A stretch of 64,000 nt of DNA from the NCBI GenBank assembly GCA_001029675.1, contig CP011210.1, positions 581,663-645,662 of the forward strand, given 5' to 3'. Positions 9,839-19,079 of the stretch are shown here, in pieces; position 1 is the stretch's first letter, and every line of letters begins with the position of its first letter. Below the pieces are notes generated by a model. The model did no database searches. It had not been told where the DNA came from and saw nothing but the letters and a program-made list of their open reading frames with translations. Source of the stretch: Candidatus Beckwithbacteria bacterium GW2011_GWC1_49_16 (GTDB lineage Bacteria > Patescibacteriota > Microgenomatia > UBA1400 > CG1-02-47-37). The translations under genes were made by a program, and so were the position numbers.

Positions 9839-10526
9839 TTGATAAAGCTTCCGGCAACTCACCGGGCTTTAATTTCTCTCTTCTACCCCACCACTTAAAC
9901 TTTTTCAGCCTGTCTACCACCTTAGCCTGGTGGCGCCAACCGCTCCTTTTAAGGTGGGTTAAATGAAGATACCAGGTATCGACAAACTCCAAGCGTTCGG
10001 GTTGATCCTGAATCGACCGGCCATTTATGGTGTAGGCCTCATCAGGATAGGAGCCGATAACTTTAAGCCCGGGCAGATTCTTGATCGCCCTAATGTTTAA
10101 ATTTCCGCTCCAGGGACCGATGCGGTAGCGGCCAGATGATTCAGGTAAGTAGTGGTAGACGTCGCCGATGGCGTTTCTGGTGCGGTTGACTAAAGCCAGG
10201 GTGTTTATTGAAGCATTCTCCGCGGCTTTGATTAATTGAATTAGGTTTTTTTCGGGCCAAACCTCGTCGCCGTCTAAAAGCAAGATCCAAGGGGTTTTGG
10301 TAGCGGCTATTTGCTGGTTTCTTAATTTCACCAGTCCGTTTCTGCCTGCCGCACCTTTTTGACTGAAGTCAATCTTGTTTGAGTTGATCGACTTAATCTC
10401 CTTTACGGTAGCGTCGGTGGAGCCGGTATCCCAGACGAGGAAACGGTCAACGTGGTCGATGACCGATAAAAGAGAAGGCTTAATAAACCTCTGTTCGTTT
10501 TTAACGATGGTGTGACTGGTAATCAT
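9834..10526 (-). CDS. GT2 family glycosyltransferase
   Basis: IVKNE, DTGSTD and LLLDGDE motifs. Confidence 0.85.
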   Translation of the reverse strand: MITSHTIVKNEQRFIKPSLLSVIDHVDRFLVWDTGSTDATVKEIKSINSNKIDFSQKGAAGRNGLVKLRNQQIAATKTPWILLLDGDEVWPEKNLIQLIKAAENASINTLALVNRTRNAIGDVYHYLPESSGRYRIGPWSGNLNIRAIKNLPGLKVIGSYPDEAYTINGRSIQDQPERLEFVDTWYLHLTHLKRSGWRHQAKVVDRLKKFKWWGRREKLKPGELPEALST

Positions 10527-11950
10527 TTAGCTGAAATTACTTTAAATATCTTAATCGAGCTTTTGTTCTCCGGGCGGAAGACTTGAAACAGGAGTTCGGC
10601 GGACAAGCTCGCGGGGACTGTCTCGGCGACGTTTAACGCCAGAAAAACTTCTTCTTCATTCTCGAGGGCGTTGAGTACGCTTTGGCGGGCGGCCGGGGCC
10701 AACACCATATCGTCGGCAAGACTAACGACCGTCATGCCGTGGTCGGGCCAAAGGTAAGGCAGGCCGGTTTTAACCAAATCGTCCGACTCGGTGATTAAGA
10801 TCTCCGGAGGAAAAGTTTTTAAGTAGTCCACCACTTCGGCTAAGCCGTAGCCGGAGGGCCAGCCGGTGACATACTGCCAGCGCTCGATTTCCGGGAGCGG
10901 AGCTTTTTTGAGATCAGTAACGATGACAAAGTCGGTAACCAACGGCTGCCAAAAGACTGCCGCTATCAACACCGCCCCCAAAAGGTGGGACAGTTTTTTT
11001 AAAATTGCCTCGAGGCCGACGGCGGCAAAGAACAAACTTAAGACAAAAACATAGAGCAAGTATCTGGGAAACAAGATTTTGGCAAACAAAACCACAAACA
11101 AGAGCATGGGGATAATGGTGACCAGTAAAATTTTCCAAAAGGGGCGATAGTTAAAATAAGCGACCACGGCGCCGACGAGAACCAGGAGTAAAACCGGCCA
11201 AGTTAGATATTGCCAGCTCCACCAGGCCACCTGGATAAGGTTGGGGCGGATTGAGTCTAAAGCTTGATTTACCGATAACAGAAAAACCTGGCGTTTGCCG
11301 ATAAAACTCGTAAGCGACCCGGTGGCAAGATAAAAAATTACGCTTAAGCCGGGCAAAGCTGCCGCCCAAAAGTCGTGGCGGTTAAGCTTGGGACGAAACC
11401 AAAAGTAGGCCAGAATGGCGCTACCCGGCAACAACCAGGCAGTGGATTTAGTAAGTAACCCCAACATCAAACCCAGGCCGGCAAGATATGCCCCACGGGT
11501 TTTATTTTTTATCAGCCTCAAGCTTAAACCATAAACTACCAGCAAAGCGGCCAAGGTCACCGCCGAGTCGCCGCGCAATCCTAAGCGGTCGTGGATTAAA
11601 ACTATCGGTGAGGTCAAGATTAAAAAGAGGCTTAAGTAACCAATCAGGGGTGATTTAAACCAGGTTTGAGCTAAGCGGAAAACAACAATCAGGCTCAAAC
11701 CGCCAAAAAGAGCGGCGGTCAGCCTTAGGCTTAGCAGAGGGTCCTTGGCGATTAAGTTTATTAGGGTAGCCACCCAGGTAGTAAAAGGCGCCCAGCCGAA
11801 CTCTTTTAAAGGTAGCAGCCACTGGTTAAGGTCGGCGCTGATGGTGGCCACCCAGCGGGTATAGAGCAGCTCGTCTAAAAAAGGAGGGAAAGATAAAACT
11901 CTAACCAGCCGGGAAACGACAAACAGACCAACTAAAACTAGTGCCAACAT
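10523..11950 (-). CDS. GT-C fold membrane glycosyltransferase
   Basis: PPFLDE after TM1, HDRL..D, LTKS and FPRY motifs; multi-TM with a soluble C-terminus. Confidence 0.8.
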   Translation of the reverse strand: MLALVLVGLFVVSRLVRVLSFPPFLDELLYTRWVATISADLNQWLLPLKEFGWAPFTTWVATLINLIAKDPLLSLRLTAALFGGLSLIVVFRLAQTWFKSPLIGYLSLFLILTSPIVLIHDRLGLRGDSAVTLAALLVVYGLSLRLIKNKTRGAYLAGLGLMLGLLTKSTAWLLPGSAILAYFWFRPKLNRHDFWAAALPGLSVIFYLATGSLTSFIGKRQVFLLSVNQALDSIRPNLIQVAWWSWQYLTWPVLLLVLVGAVVAYFNYRPFWKILLVTIIPMLLFVVLFAKILFPRYLLYVFVLSLFFAAVGLEAILKKLSHLLGAVLIAAVFWQPLVTDFVIVTDLKKAPLPEIERWQYVTGWPSGYGLAEVVDYLKTFPPEILITESDDLVKTGLPYLWPDHGMTVVSLADDMVLAPAARQSVLNALENEEEVFLALNVAETVPASLSAELLFQVFRPENKSSIKIFKVISAK

Positions 11951-11977
11951 AGGTGTTTTAGGCTAGTATACTAAATT

Positions 11978-12724
11978 ATGGCAGGGATAATGAGGCAGGA
12001 TCTGTATCGCGAACTTTTTGAAGTGGAAGATCACCATTGGTGGCACAAGCAGAAAAGGCTGATGGTTCATAGCCTAATTGAAAGAAACTGCCGCCAGCCT
12101 GGACGGGTTTTAGATCTGGGCGCCGGCAGCGGCAAACTGCTTGATGAATTGAAACAAAAAGGCTGGCAAGTGGCTGGCGTCGACGCGGATGAAAAAGCGG
12201 TCAGGCTGGCTCGCAGACGAGGCCTAAAGCTGGTTAAACTTAACCAGAATCAAATAAGGCTGCCCTTTACTGACAACAACTTTGACCTGGTGGTGTCACT
12301 TGACACCCTGGAGCACGTTAAAACCGATGCGGCGGCGATTGGGGAAATGAAACGCGTGGTAAAACCAGAAGGGTTGATTTTGATCACCGTGCCGGCTAAC
12401 CCTTGGCTTTTTTCTTACTGGGACAAAATGCTGGGGCATTTTAGGCGCTACTCGAAAACCAGCCTCGCCCGGCTGATCAAAACTGCCGGCTTGAGGCCAG
12501 TTTTTGTCAGCTTCTTTTTCACCTACTTACTCCTGCCGGTAAGCCTAATCCGCTGGTTTAGAAATCGACTCAAACTAACGGCTGTTTCTGACTTTCAGCT
12601 CACGCCGGTAAACTTCTTAGTAGCGCCACTAATGGCGTTTTTGGGTTTTCTGGAAAGGCAAGTGGTAAAATTTACCCCGCTGCCATTTGGCCTGTCTTTA
12701 ATATGCCTTATCAAAAAAAAGTAA
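11978..12724 (+). CDS. Class I SAM-dependent methyltransferase
   Basis: LDLGAGSG, DTLEHV, ITVPA and GHFRRY motifs. Confidence 0.88.
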   Translation: MAGIMRQDLYRELFEVEDHHWWHKQKRLMVHSLIERNCRQPGRVLDLGAGSGKLLDELKQKGWQVAGVDADEKAVRLARRRGLKLVKLNQNQIRLPFTDNNFDLVVSLDTLEHVKTDAAAIGEMKRVVKPEGLILITVPANPWLFSYWDKMLGHFRRYSKTSLARLIKTAGLRPVFVSFFFTYLLLPVSLIRWFRNRLKLTAVSDFQLTPVNFLVAPLMAFLGFLERQVVKFTPLPFGLSLICLIKKK

Positions 12725-13434
12725 TCTGGCCCAAACAATTATCGCTGGTCTTGCCGGCATACAACGAAGCGGGGCGCTTGCCGCGGGCCCTGACCATCTG
12801 CCACCAGTGGAGTAAAAAATTTTCCGGCTGGGAGTTTATTTTTGTCAACGACGGTTCAAGCGACGCCGGCGAAAGCCTAATTCTCGCTAGTAAGTTTAAA
12901 CTCATATCTTACCCAACCAACCGGGGGAAGGGTTATGCGGTCAAAACCGGAGTAGCGGCAGCCACTAAACCGTTGGTGCTGGTCGCCGACATAGATTTTT
13001 CTACTCCCCTGTCTGAAATTCCCAAGTTTTATCAGGTTATCAGAACTGGCGCTGACGTCGCCTCGGGTTCGAGAAAGCTGGCTGGCGCCAAACTTTTAAA
13101 GCTTCAGCCAAAGATGCGTCAGTGGCTGGGCGAGCAGTTTACCCATCTGACTAACCTCTGGCTTGGCATGCGAGTGAGTGACTTTACCTGCGGTTTTAAA
13201 CTCTTTCTCGCCCCGGCAGCCAAAAAGTTATTCGGTTTGTCGCGGATCTCCCGCTGGGGCTATGACGCCGAGATTTTGTTTTTGGCCAAAGTCCTCGGCT
13301 ACCAACTGGTCGAGGTGCCGGTTACCTGGGAAAACGACGAAAGGACCCGGGTAAATATCTTACTGGACGTGCTGCGATCGCTGGGCGATTTAATCGCTAT
13401 CCGCTGGAACCAGCTAAGGGGAAAATACGCTTAG
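12703..13434 (+). CDS. Polyprenol-phosphate glycosyltransferase (dolichyl-phosphate beta-glucosyltransferase-like GT2)
   Basis: LPAYNE, NRGKG, ADID, GSR, DFTCGFKLF and WGYDAEIL motifs. Confidence 0.88.
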   Translation: MPYQKKVIWPKQLSLVLPAYNEAGRLPRALTICHQWSKKFSGWEFIFVNDGSSDAGESLILASKFKLISYPTNRGKGYAVKTGVAAATKPLVLVADIDFSTPLSEIPKFYQVIRTGADVASGSRKLAGAKLLKLQPKMRQWLGEQFTHLTNLWLGMRVSDFTCGFKLFLAPAAKKLFGLSRISRWGYDAEILFLAKVLGYQLVEVPVTWENDERTRVNILLDVLRSLGDLIAIRWNQLRGKYA

Positions 13435-15089
13435 GGCTGACTGGCGATGGCGCTGTAGAGGTCGGTGACGGGCGCGCCGGTAACGGCGTTTTCAGCTTTT
13501 ATAGATAAAGAAGACACCGGGGCGGGGACGGGAACGGTGTAGGCAAAAGTGGTCGGCAGCAAGTCAAAATCGGCGCTAAAGTCGGCCATGATGGTGTCCT
13601 GGCCGACGGCGGCGGTGATGTCTTGAGCAGGTGCGTCGACAAAGTTTAATTTAAACATGGTAAAAGAAACCGGGACGACGGCGTCGGGAATGATCTCGAT
13701 GGTGACGGAGCCAGGGCGGTTGACCACGCTGATTGCCACTTGGGCAAACTCGAGTTGCTGTTTGATCAAGCTCAAGTTGTTATCAATGGTATCCCGAAAC
13801 TGCCTAAGCAGGCGCTTTTTCTCTCTGATCGAAGCTTCATCGACAGTGTCGTAGATAAACACGTCGGCGTAAGCAGCATAAATCTGGTCAAAGTCGGCTT
13901 CGATCTGACTATAATCGTTGGCCAGCTGGTTTAAATAGCCGTACTTCAACTTTCTAAACTCCGGCAGGCGTTCCAAGAGTAAAAACAGCCGGGGGTAATC
14001 GTACTGGTCGGCCAAATGGGGGTCATAGAGGTTATACGACTTTAGAGTAGTACCACCGGAGAGGGTTAATTTGGTCAAGTCGCCTTCATTTCTGACCAGG
14101 GGATAAAACTTTTGGTCAGACGAAGAGTAGTAAAACCTAAGATTGTCGCCGGCGACGTCGTGGTCAATACCCAACACTTCCCGGTAAGCCTCAAAGCGAG
14201 CCAAGTAGTCAAGATCGATTACGTCAACAAGGGTTTTGAGGTCGCGATCACGCATAGCCTTGAAGAATTTGTCCGTTTGGTAGAGGGCTTGTGGGTCGTC
14301 TGTCGCCAAAGGTTCAACGTTGGCTATGGCAAAATCCCAGCCGGAAAGGTGGTGGGCATTGAGAGCTACCTCGTTGCCCCGGTGCTTTAATCTGGTGGCG
14401 TCTTTTAAAGCGATGATGTAGCCGGCAAGATTGCGGCTTTTTAAAAACTGGTCGTCTACTTTTTCTTCAAACATATAGATGCCGTTGGCTTTGCCGTTGA
14501 TCTTGACCCTGACCGGCTCTTGGCGGTTGTGGATTAACTCCAGCCGGTCGGCCAAGCTGTTGGCCAGAAGCGGAGTAATCCAGTCGTGGAGCCAAGAATT
14601 CAATAAATTAAATTTGGATAAGTTATCGACCGCCTGGTTGTCTTTTAGCTTCACGTCGTAATCGGTCTTGTTGTAGATAAAGTTGTTGGCTCCCCCGCCG
14701 TGAAAGCTAATCGTAGCTTTATAAGTTTGGCTAGCGAATCTGAAAGAAATTTCTTGGGTAGCCTCGGTTTCCGAATCATGAACACCAACCTCAAGAGATT
14801 TTTTAACGTCGGCGGCGATGTTTTTGATGTCGGTGGCCGACATAGTCAGGTTAAACTCGGGCAGGTCTTTGACGGTAAAGGCGTGAAGGTAGGTTTTAGG
14901 GTAAAAGGCGTCGATAATATTGTTGACGCCGGCGATAAACTTAAACTGGGCCTGAAGCAGAGGCGGTTTGTAGGGTTCGGGCAGAAAACCGGCCAGCTTA
15001 AAGGCAAGCCGATAAGCGGCAAAAAGGAAAACTAAGACGCCGACTAAGCCTGCGGTAAACTTAAGGGCTGGAGAAATTTTTATTTTCAC
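13431..15089 (-). CDS. CotH-family kinase-like protein, N-terminal TM anchor, divergent motifs
   Basis: FHGG..N..YNKTDYDVKL, VKING...GIYMFEE and HD..GDNLRFYY motifs. The PWD motif is replaced by PLVRNE. Confidence 0.65.
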   Translation of the reverse strand: MKIKISPALKFTAGLVGVLVFLFAAYRLAFKLAGFLPEPYKPPLLQAQFKFIAGVNNIIDAFYPKTYLHAFTVKDLPEFNLTMSATDIKNIAADVKKSLEVGVHDSETEATQEISFRFASQTYKATISFHGGGANNFIYNKTDYDVKLKDNQAVDNLSKFNLLNSWLHDWITPLLANSLADRLELIHNRQEPVRVKINGKANGIYMFEEKVDDQFLKSRNLAGYIIALKDATRLKHRGNEVALNAHHLSGWDFAIANVEPLATDDPQALYQTDKFFKAMRDRDLKTLVDVIDLDYLARFEAYREVLGIDHDVAGDNLRFYYSSSDQKFYPLVRNEGDLTKLTLSGGTTLKSYNLYDPHLADQYDYPRLFLLLERLPEFRKLKYGYLNQLANDYSQIEADFDQIYAAYADVFIYDTVDEASIREKKRLLRQFRDTIDNNLSLIKQQLEFAQVAISVVNRPGSVTIEIIPDAVVPVSFTMFKLNFVDAPAQDITAAVGQDTIMADFSADFDLLPTTFAYTVPVPAPVSSLSIKAENAVTGAPVTDLYSAIASQP

Positions 15090-15169
15090 AAGTCGAGCTT
15101 ATAGGTTTTAGTGGAGTTGTCAAGCAGGTAGGCGGTCATGGCATCGAAACTTTCTTGGGCTAGTACCAT
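15086..15169 (-). pseudogene. Displaced 3' remnant / 27-aa mini-ORF of the GT-C gene at 16307..17815
   Basis: Translates MVLAQESFDAMTAYLLDNSTKTYKLDL*, versus VIARQQFGAMTAYLLDNSTKTYKLSF* in the intact gene. Its TGA overlaps the GTG start of the CotH gene (GTGA). Confidence 0.75.
15096..15142 (+). repeat. 47-bp direct repeat, copy 1
   Basis: AGCTTATAGGTTTTAGTGGAGTTGTCAAGCAGGTAGGCGGTCATGGC; 46/47 identical to 16317..16363. Confidence 0.95.
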
Positions 15170-15205
15170 AAATCTATTTTAAACTAAAATACTCAAACAA
15201 TTAAT

Positions 15206-15727
15206 TTATTTTCTATCTAAACCTGATTGAATTTTATCTATGGTCGCCTCAATTGTCATTTCAACTAAAAGATCTCTTCCTTTCAGGCTTCTGAGAAACA
15301 AAACTTTGCCATCTTGACTTACCTTTTCAAGAAATCCAATCAGGGTAAATTCAAAGGGTGGCAAATATAAATTAGGATGAGTTAACGCGACCTCGGAAAT
15401 AGTTTGAAGAGTAACTTTACCTTTATTGGCGCTTTCTTTCTTTGCCTTAGGGTTGCCGAGACTTATACCGGCTGTTTTAAGAGTATCTATTACTTGACCG
15501 TGAAAAAAGTTATCATTCTCCGGCGAAGGAACGCCCCAGTAAGTAACCAGCATATCAACGTCGGAGTCTGGACCGTCTGTATTCCTCGCCACACTGCCAA
15601 ACAGAACAACCCTTTTAACCTGTTCTACTTGACGCTTGAGAATCTTACCCACGTCGTTAGCTGCCTTGATTCTGTCTTTATGAGATAGGTACAGCTTTTC
15701 TAGCGAAGGTCTTTCAGACATAATCAA
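15206..15727 (-). CDS. Minimal nucleotidyltransferase (MNT, Pol-beta superfamily) domain protein
   Basis: VVLFGSVARNTDGPDSDVDMLV matches the GS-x-AR...SDxD signature. Confidence 0.82.
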   Translation of the reverse strand: MIMSERPSLEKLYLSHKDRIKAANDVGKILKRQVEQVKRVVLFGSVARNTDGPDSDVDMLVTYWGVPSPENDNFFHGQVIDTLKTAGISLGNPKAKKESANKGKVTLQTISEVALTHPNLYLPPFEFTLIGFLEKVSQDGKVLFLRSLKGRDLLVEMTIEATIDKIQSGLDRK

Positions 15728-15742
15728 ATGTGGTTAGTTATT

Positions 15743-16258
15743 CTAACGAATGTCTTCTGGAAGAGAAAAACGAGAAAGGGCCCTTCGCGCAGTAATTGTC
15801 TGATCAATCTGCTCCTGAGTAAAACCGGGAAGGTCATATTTTTGTTTTAAATGAGAAACAATTAAATCTAACATCGAATTGATTTTTTCAATCTCATTTG
15901 GAGTGGTCATGAACTCACTTTTAGAACCAGATCTATTAGCCTGCCAATCAAACTGACAAAACTCGTCTATGGTTACTGCCATTCCCGTGTCGGTAATAAT
16001 TTCATCCTCCACGCTATGTTTTAAACGGTTCATTAAACCTGTGAGGAAATGCGTTCTACATTTCATTAACGGGTATTCTGAATTAAATCCGTCTACTAGT
16101 TGATCTGGAAGGGCGTCGGAGTAACCTCGATAAACCTGAAAGCTATGGAGATAAAACTCGGGTAAAGTTCCATTAACGATAGCTTCATAATAAGTCGCGT
16201 CTAGAGGCCTATTTGGTAAGACCAGCATCTGGGCGGCAGCTTCTTTAATAATTTTCAT
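15743..16258 (-). CDS. Hypothetical protein (predicted helical), upstream partner of the MNT
   Basis: 171-aa ORF with an ATG start and an upstream TATAAT. No family recognised. Confidence 0.65.
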   Translation of the reverse strand: MKIIKEAAAQMLVLPNRPLDATYYEAIVNGTLPEFYLHSFQVYRGYSDALPDQLVDGFNSEYPLMKCRTHFLTGLMNRLKHSVEDEIITDTGMAVTIDEFCQFDWQANRSGSKSEFMTTPNEIEKINSMLDLIVSHLKQKYDLPGFTQEQIDQTITARRALSRFSLPEDIR

Positions 16259-16306
16259 AAACCTAGAGTATTATAGGGTATAGAGTCAAATGGGGACAAG
16301 CGCGGT

Positions 16307-17815
16307 TTAGAATGAAAGCTTATAGGTTTTAGTGGAGTTGTCAAGAAGGTAGGCGGTCATGGCGCCAAACTGCTGGCGGGCGATGACCGGCAAGTCGGAG
16401 GTCAAGGGTTTGTCGGTAAGCAGAAGTATTCGCTCGGGCATTTCTGGTACAGGCGGCCGGGCGTAGAGCCAGAAGAAGTTGGAGTCCATGAAGGAAATAA
16501 CCGGCGGATTATCGGTCAGTTCAAACAGGTAGCGCAGGCCGTTTTCGCGGTGGCATTTGCTGACAGAGTCCAGGGCAAAGGGTTGGCCGGATAACTCACT
16601 TTGGGCCCAGGAGACCAGTTGGTTTTTGTAACTTAAACCGTAAGGGTGATGGGCGCGGCTGACCTGAAAAAGGTTTAAAGCGACGATGATAGCGGTTAAG
16701 GTATAAGTAAGGGAACGGGGCAGTTTGGTTAAAACCCAAGCGGTGATCAAGGCAAAAACAGGCAGCAGGCCGGCAAGGTAGTGGTCGAACAAAGAAAAAC
16801 CCAAAACACCAAAGAGAACGACGCCGACAAAATAGGTTAAAAGCAAAACCACTATGGCTTTGACGGCCGGTTTTCGGCTGGTGAATTTTTTGACGATAAA
16901 CCAAACCAGCAAGGCCGCGGCCGAAACGACCAAGAGCCAAGACAGCTGGCGCTGGCGACCTTGGGCAAAAGGAAAACAGTAGGAATAAAGCTCGGCCAGA
17001 CTGGTTTGGGGAGAATACCAGAAACGGGCAAAACTCCGCGGCAAAAGCAACAAGCCGTCGATGATTCTTTCAACCGCAAAACCCTTGGCAGAAAGATTGG
17101 TAAACAAACGGGACACGCCTCTCAAGTTTTCCCAGCCGTGGCGAAGATCAAACGCCAATAAAGGGGCGACAAATAAACCTAAGGACACCAACAACGAACC
17201 TTTGACTGCCCGGCGGTTGAAGCGGCGGCGGAAAATAAAGTAGGTTAACAAAATTGCGGCCAGGAGCATCAGGTTAGAGGGATCGGCGCTGACGGCAAAA
17301 ACCAACACCAACCCTAACCAAAAGTATGGCCAAAAAGGTCCGACCTTTTTGAATTTGAGCTTGGTCAATAAAAGCAGCGCCAGGGTAGTCAGCAAGGGAT
17401 TAAAAACCAAAGGCCAAAAGTGGCGGTCGAAAAAGACGGCGGTAAAAGAAGTGGCATAAAGTAAAACCGCGATTAAAGCAAATTCTTGGGTAAAAAGTTT
17501 TTTAGCCAAAGAAAAAAGGCTTAGTAAAGTAGCCAAGCCGATGGCGGCGGCGACTACTCCCCAAGCGATGGGGTTAAAACGGGACAAGGGCAAAAATAGG
17601 GCGGAGAGGTAATAAAAATAGGGCGGCAGGTGGACTTGTAAGGGGCTGATGCCGCCGATAAGAAAGGGCCTGCCCAAAACAAATAAGCCCCAGCCGCGAA
17701 AAGCCAGCAAAGCCTCATCCATGGTGAAGTGGAAAAGCGGAGTTAGTTTAAACAGGCGCAGGAACAAGCCTAAAGCAATCGCGGCGGAAAGCCAAAGCTG
17801 GGGTTTTAATCTCAT
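16307..17815 (-). CDS. GT-C fold membrane glycosyltransferase (ArnT-like)
   Basis: FTMDE, LPPYFYY and DRHFWP motifs; multi-TM. Confidence 0.82.
   Translation of the reverse strand: MRLKPQLWLSAAIALGLFLRLFKLTPLFHFTMDEALLAFRGWGLFVLGRPFLIGGISPLQVHLPPYFYYLSALFLPLSRFNPIAWGVVAAAIGLATLLSLFSLAKKLFTQEFALIAVLLYATSFTAVFFDRHFWPLVFNPLLTTLALLLLTKLKFKKVGPFWPYFWLGLVLVFAVSADPSNLMLLAAILLTYFIFRRRFNRRAVKGSLLVSLGLFVAPLLAFDLRHGWENLRGVSRLFTNLSAKGFAVERIIDGLLLLPRSFARFWYSPQTSLAELYSYCFPFAQGRQRQLSWLLVVSAAALLVWFIVKKFTSRKPAVKAIVVLLLTYFVGVVLFGVLGFSLFDHYLAGLLPVFALITAWVLTKLPRSLTYTLTAIIVALNLFQVSRAHHPYGLSYKNQLVSWAQSELSGQPFALDSVSKCHRENGLRYLFELTDNPPVISFMDSNFFWLYARPPVPEMPERILLLTDKPLTSDLPVIARQQFGAMTAYLLDNSTKTYKLSF
16317..16363 (+). 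repeat. 47-bp direct repeat, copy 2 (3' end of the GT-C gene)
   Basis: AGCTTATAGGTTTTAGTGGAGTTGTCAAGAAGGTAGGCGGTCATGGC. Confidence 0.95.
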
Positions 17816-18354
17816 TGAAGCTTCTTTTTAACTTGGGCCGGGACGCCGGCGACCATGACGCTGGCGGGGACAGATTTTCTGACCACGGCTCCGGCAGCAA
17901 CCAGAGAATTTTTCCCGATGGTCACGCCCGGCAAAATGACGCTGGCGACGCCAATAGCGCAACCGGATTCCAGGGTGGTGGTATAAACCTTTTTGGGGTA
18001 ATGCTTTAAAAGCGGGTGGTCGGAAAAGCCGACCGAGTGGTGCGACAAGATGACGCTGGCGGCAGAAACGGTCACTTGGTCACCTAAAACCACTTTGCCG
18101 GCCAAGTCGATGGTAGTCCTCGGCCCCAGATAACAGTCTCTGCCGAGAGTCAAGCCGGCCAGGCCGGTGCGGTCGAGGTTAAAGAACCCGGCCTTATCCA
18201 CGACACAGTTTTTACCGATTTTAGCCCCGCCCAGCCTTAACCACCACACCCTTAGAGGCGAATAAGGCAAGGCCCCAAATACCAGATCCCAGGCTCCAAA
18301 CACTAAATACTTGAAAATTCTTTTCAGACCGATTTCTTTAATGATTTTTGCCAT
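17812..18354 (-). CDS. Hexapeptide-repeat (LbetaH) O-acyltransferase
   Basis: GAKIG, ILPGVTIGKNSLVAAGAVV and AGVPA motifs. Confidence 0.88.
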   Translation of the reverse strand: MAKIIKEIGLKRIFKYLVFGAWDLVFGALPYSPLRVWWLRLGGAKIGKNCVVDKAGFFNLDRTGLAGLTLGRDCYLGPRTTIDLAGKVVLGDQVTVSAASVILSHHSVGFSDHPLLKHYPKKVYTTTLESGCAIGVASVILPGVTIGKNSLVAAGAVVRKSVPASVMVAGVPAQVKKKLQ

Positions 18355-19060
18355 GGCGGTAAGAATAGCTTAATAGGTTTTTTAGATAAATTAAAGTATC
18401 AGGGACAAGTCTCACGGTCGAGGTTTTGTCGGTGCGGCGGACAAAGGCGGTGGGAATCTCGACCACCTTGAGTCCGGCCCGGAAAGCCAAAGTCATGATC
18501 TCGGTGTCAAAAAACCAGCCGGAGTGGTAGGACTGCTTTAAAAGCGGCATCAGTTTGGCTCTTTTGAAAAACTTGTAGCCGCCTTCGGTATCCTCAAAGG
18601 GCAGGCCCAACAAAGCTTTGCGCAGTAAAACATAACCTTTGCTGCCCAGCCAGCGGTGTAAGGTTTTTAACTTAAAGTCGTAGATGCGCCAGGCACTGGC
18701 GAGGTCGGCGCCGGCTTCGATGGCGGCGAAAAACTTAGGCAGGTACCATTCGCCCACTTCCAGGTCGATGTCGATATAGCCGACGATCCTGCCCAGGGCT
18801 TTTTTGAAACCGTCCTTGACGGTTTGGCCCCGGCCGAGGTTTTTTTTGTGGAAAATGGCGGAAAGGTTTTTTCGCGGGTAACGCTTGATCATTTTGGCAA
18901 TCAAGGTTCTGGTACCGTCTTGGGACTTATCGTCGACAAAAATTATTTCCCAGGTATAGTCGGTTTGATCCAAGGTGCGGATGATGCGGCTAACCGAATC
19001 TTCGAAAATTTGCTCTTCGTTAAAACAAGCCAAAATCAAGCTGACGTCGTATTTATCCAT
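18338..19060 (-). CDS. Polyprenol-phosphate glycosyltransferase (GT2)
   Basis: FNEE, VDDKSQD, YIDID, DTEGGYKF and WFFDTE motifs. Confidence 0.85.
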   Translation of the reverse strand: MDKYDVSLILACFNEEQIFEDSVSRIIRTLDQTDYTWEIIFVDDKSQDGTRTLIAKMIKRYPRKNLSAIFHKKNLGRGQTVKDGFKKALGRIVGYIDIDLEVGEWYLPKFFAAIEAGADLASAWRIYDFKLKTLHRWLGSKGYVLLRKALLGLPFEDTEGGYKFFKRAKLMPLLKQSYHSGWFFDTEIMTLAFRAGLKVVEIPTAFVRRTDKTSTVRLVPDTLIYLKNLLSYSYRHGKNH

Positions 19061-19079
19061 AGCTCATGTAAAATTATAC

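Larger units (their letters stand above)
15096..16363. mobile_element. Small integrated AT-rich two-gene cassette bounded by 47-bp direct repeats
   Basis: Flanking repeats, a visible compositional shift and non-glycosylation cargo. No integrase or transposase inside. Confidence 0.6.

Noticed and set aside
1261-12720. A/T homopolymer runs (e.g. near 1263, 1590, 12713) and a C7 run near 4537 as phase-variation tracts
   Set aside because: Runs are short, explained by Lys/Gly codons, common throughout, and all reading frames are intact.
15096-16363. Cassette as an IS element or prophage
   Set aside because: No transposase, integrase, terminal inverted repeats or phage genes; 47 bp is too long for a typical IS target duplication.
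18975-19079. N-terminal extensions in the ORF track (also 8808, 37291, 41073, 44671)
   Set aside because: They overlap neighbouring genes and precede the family-typical N-termini; downstream ATGs fit better.
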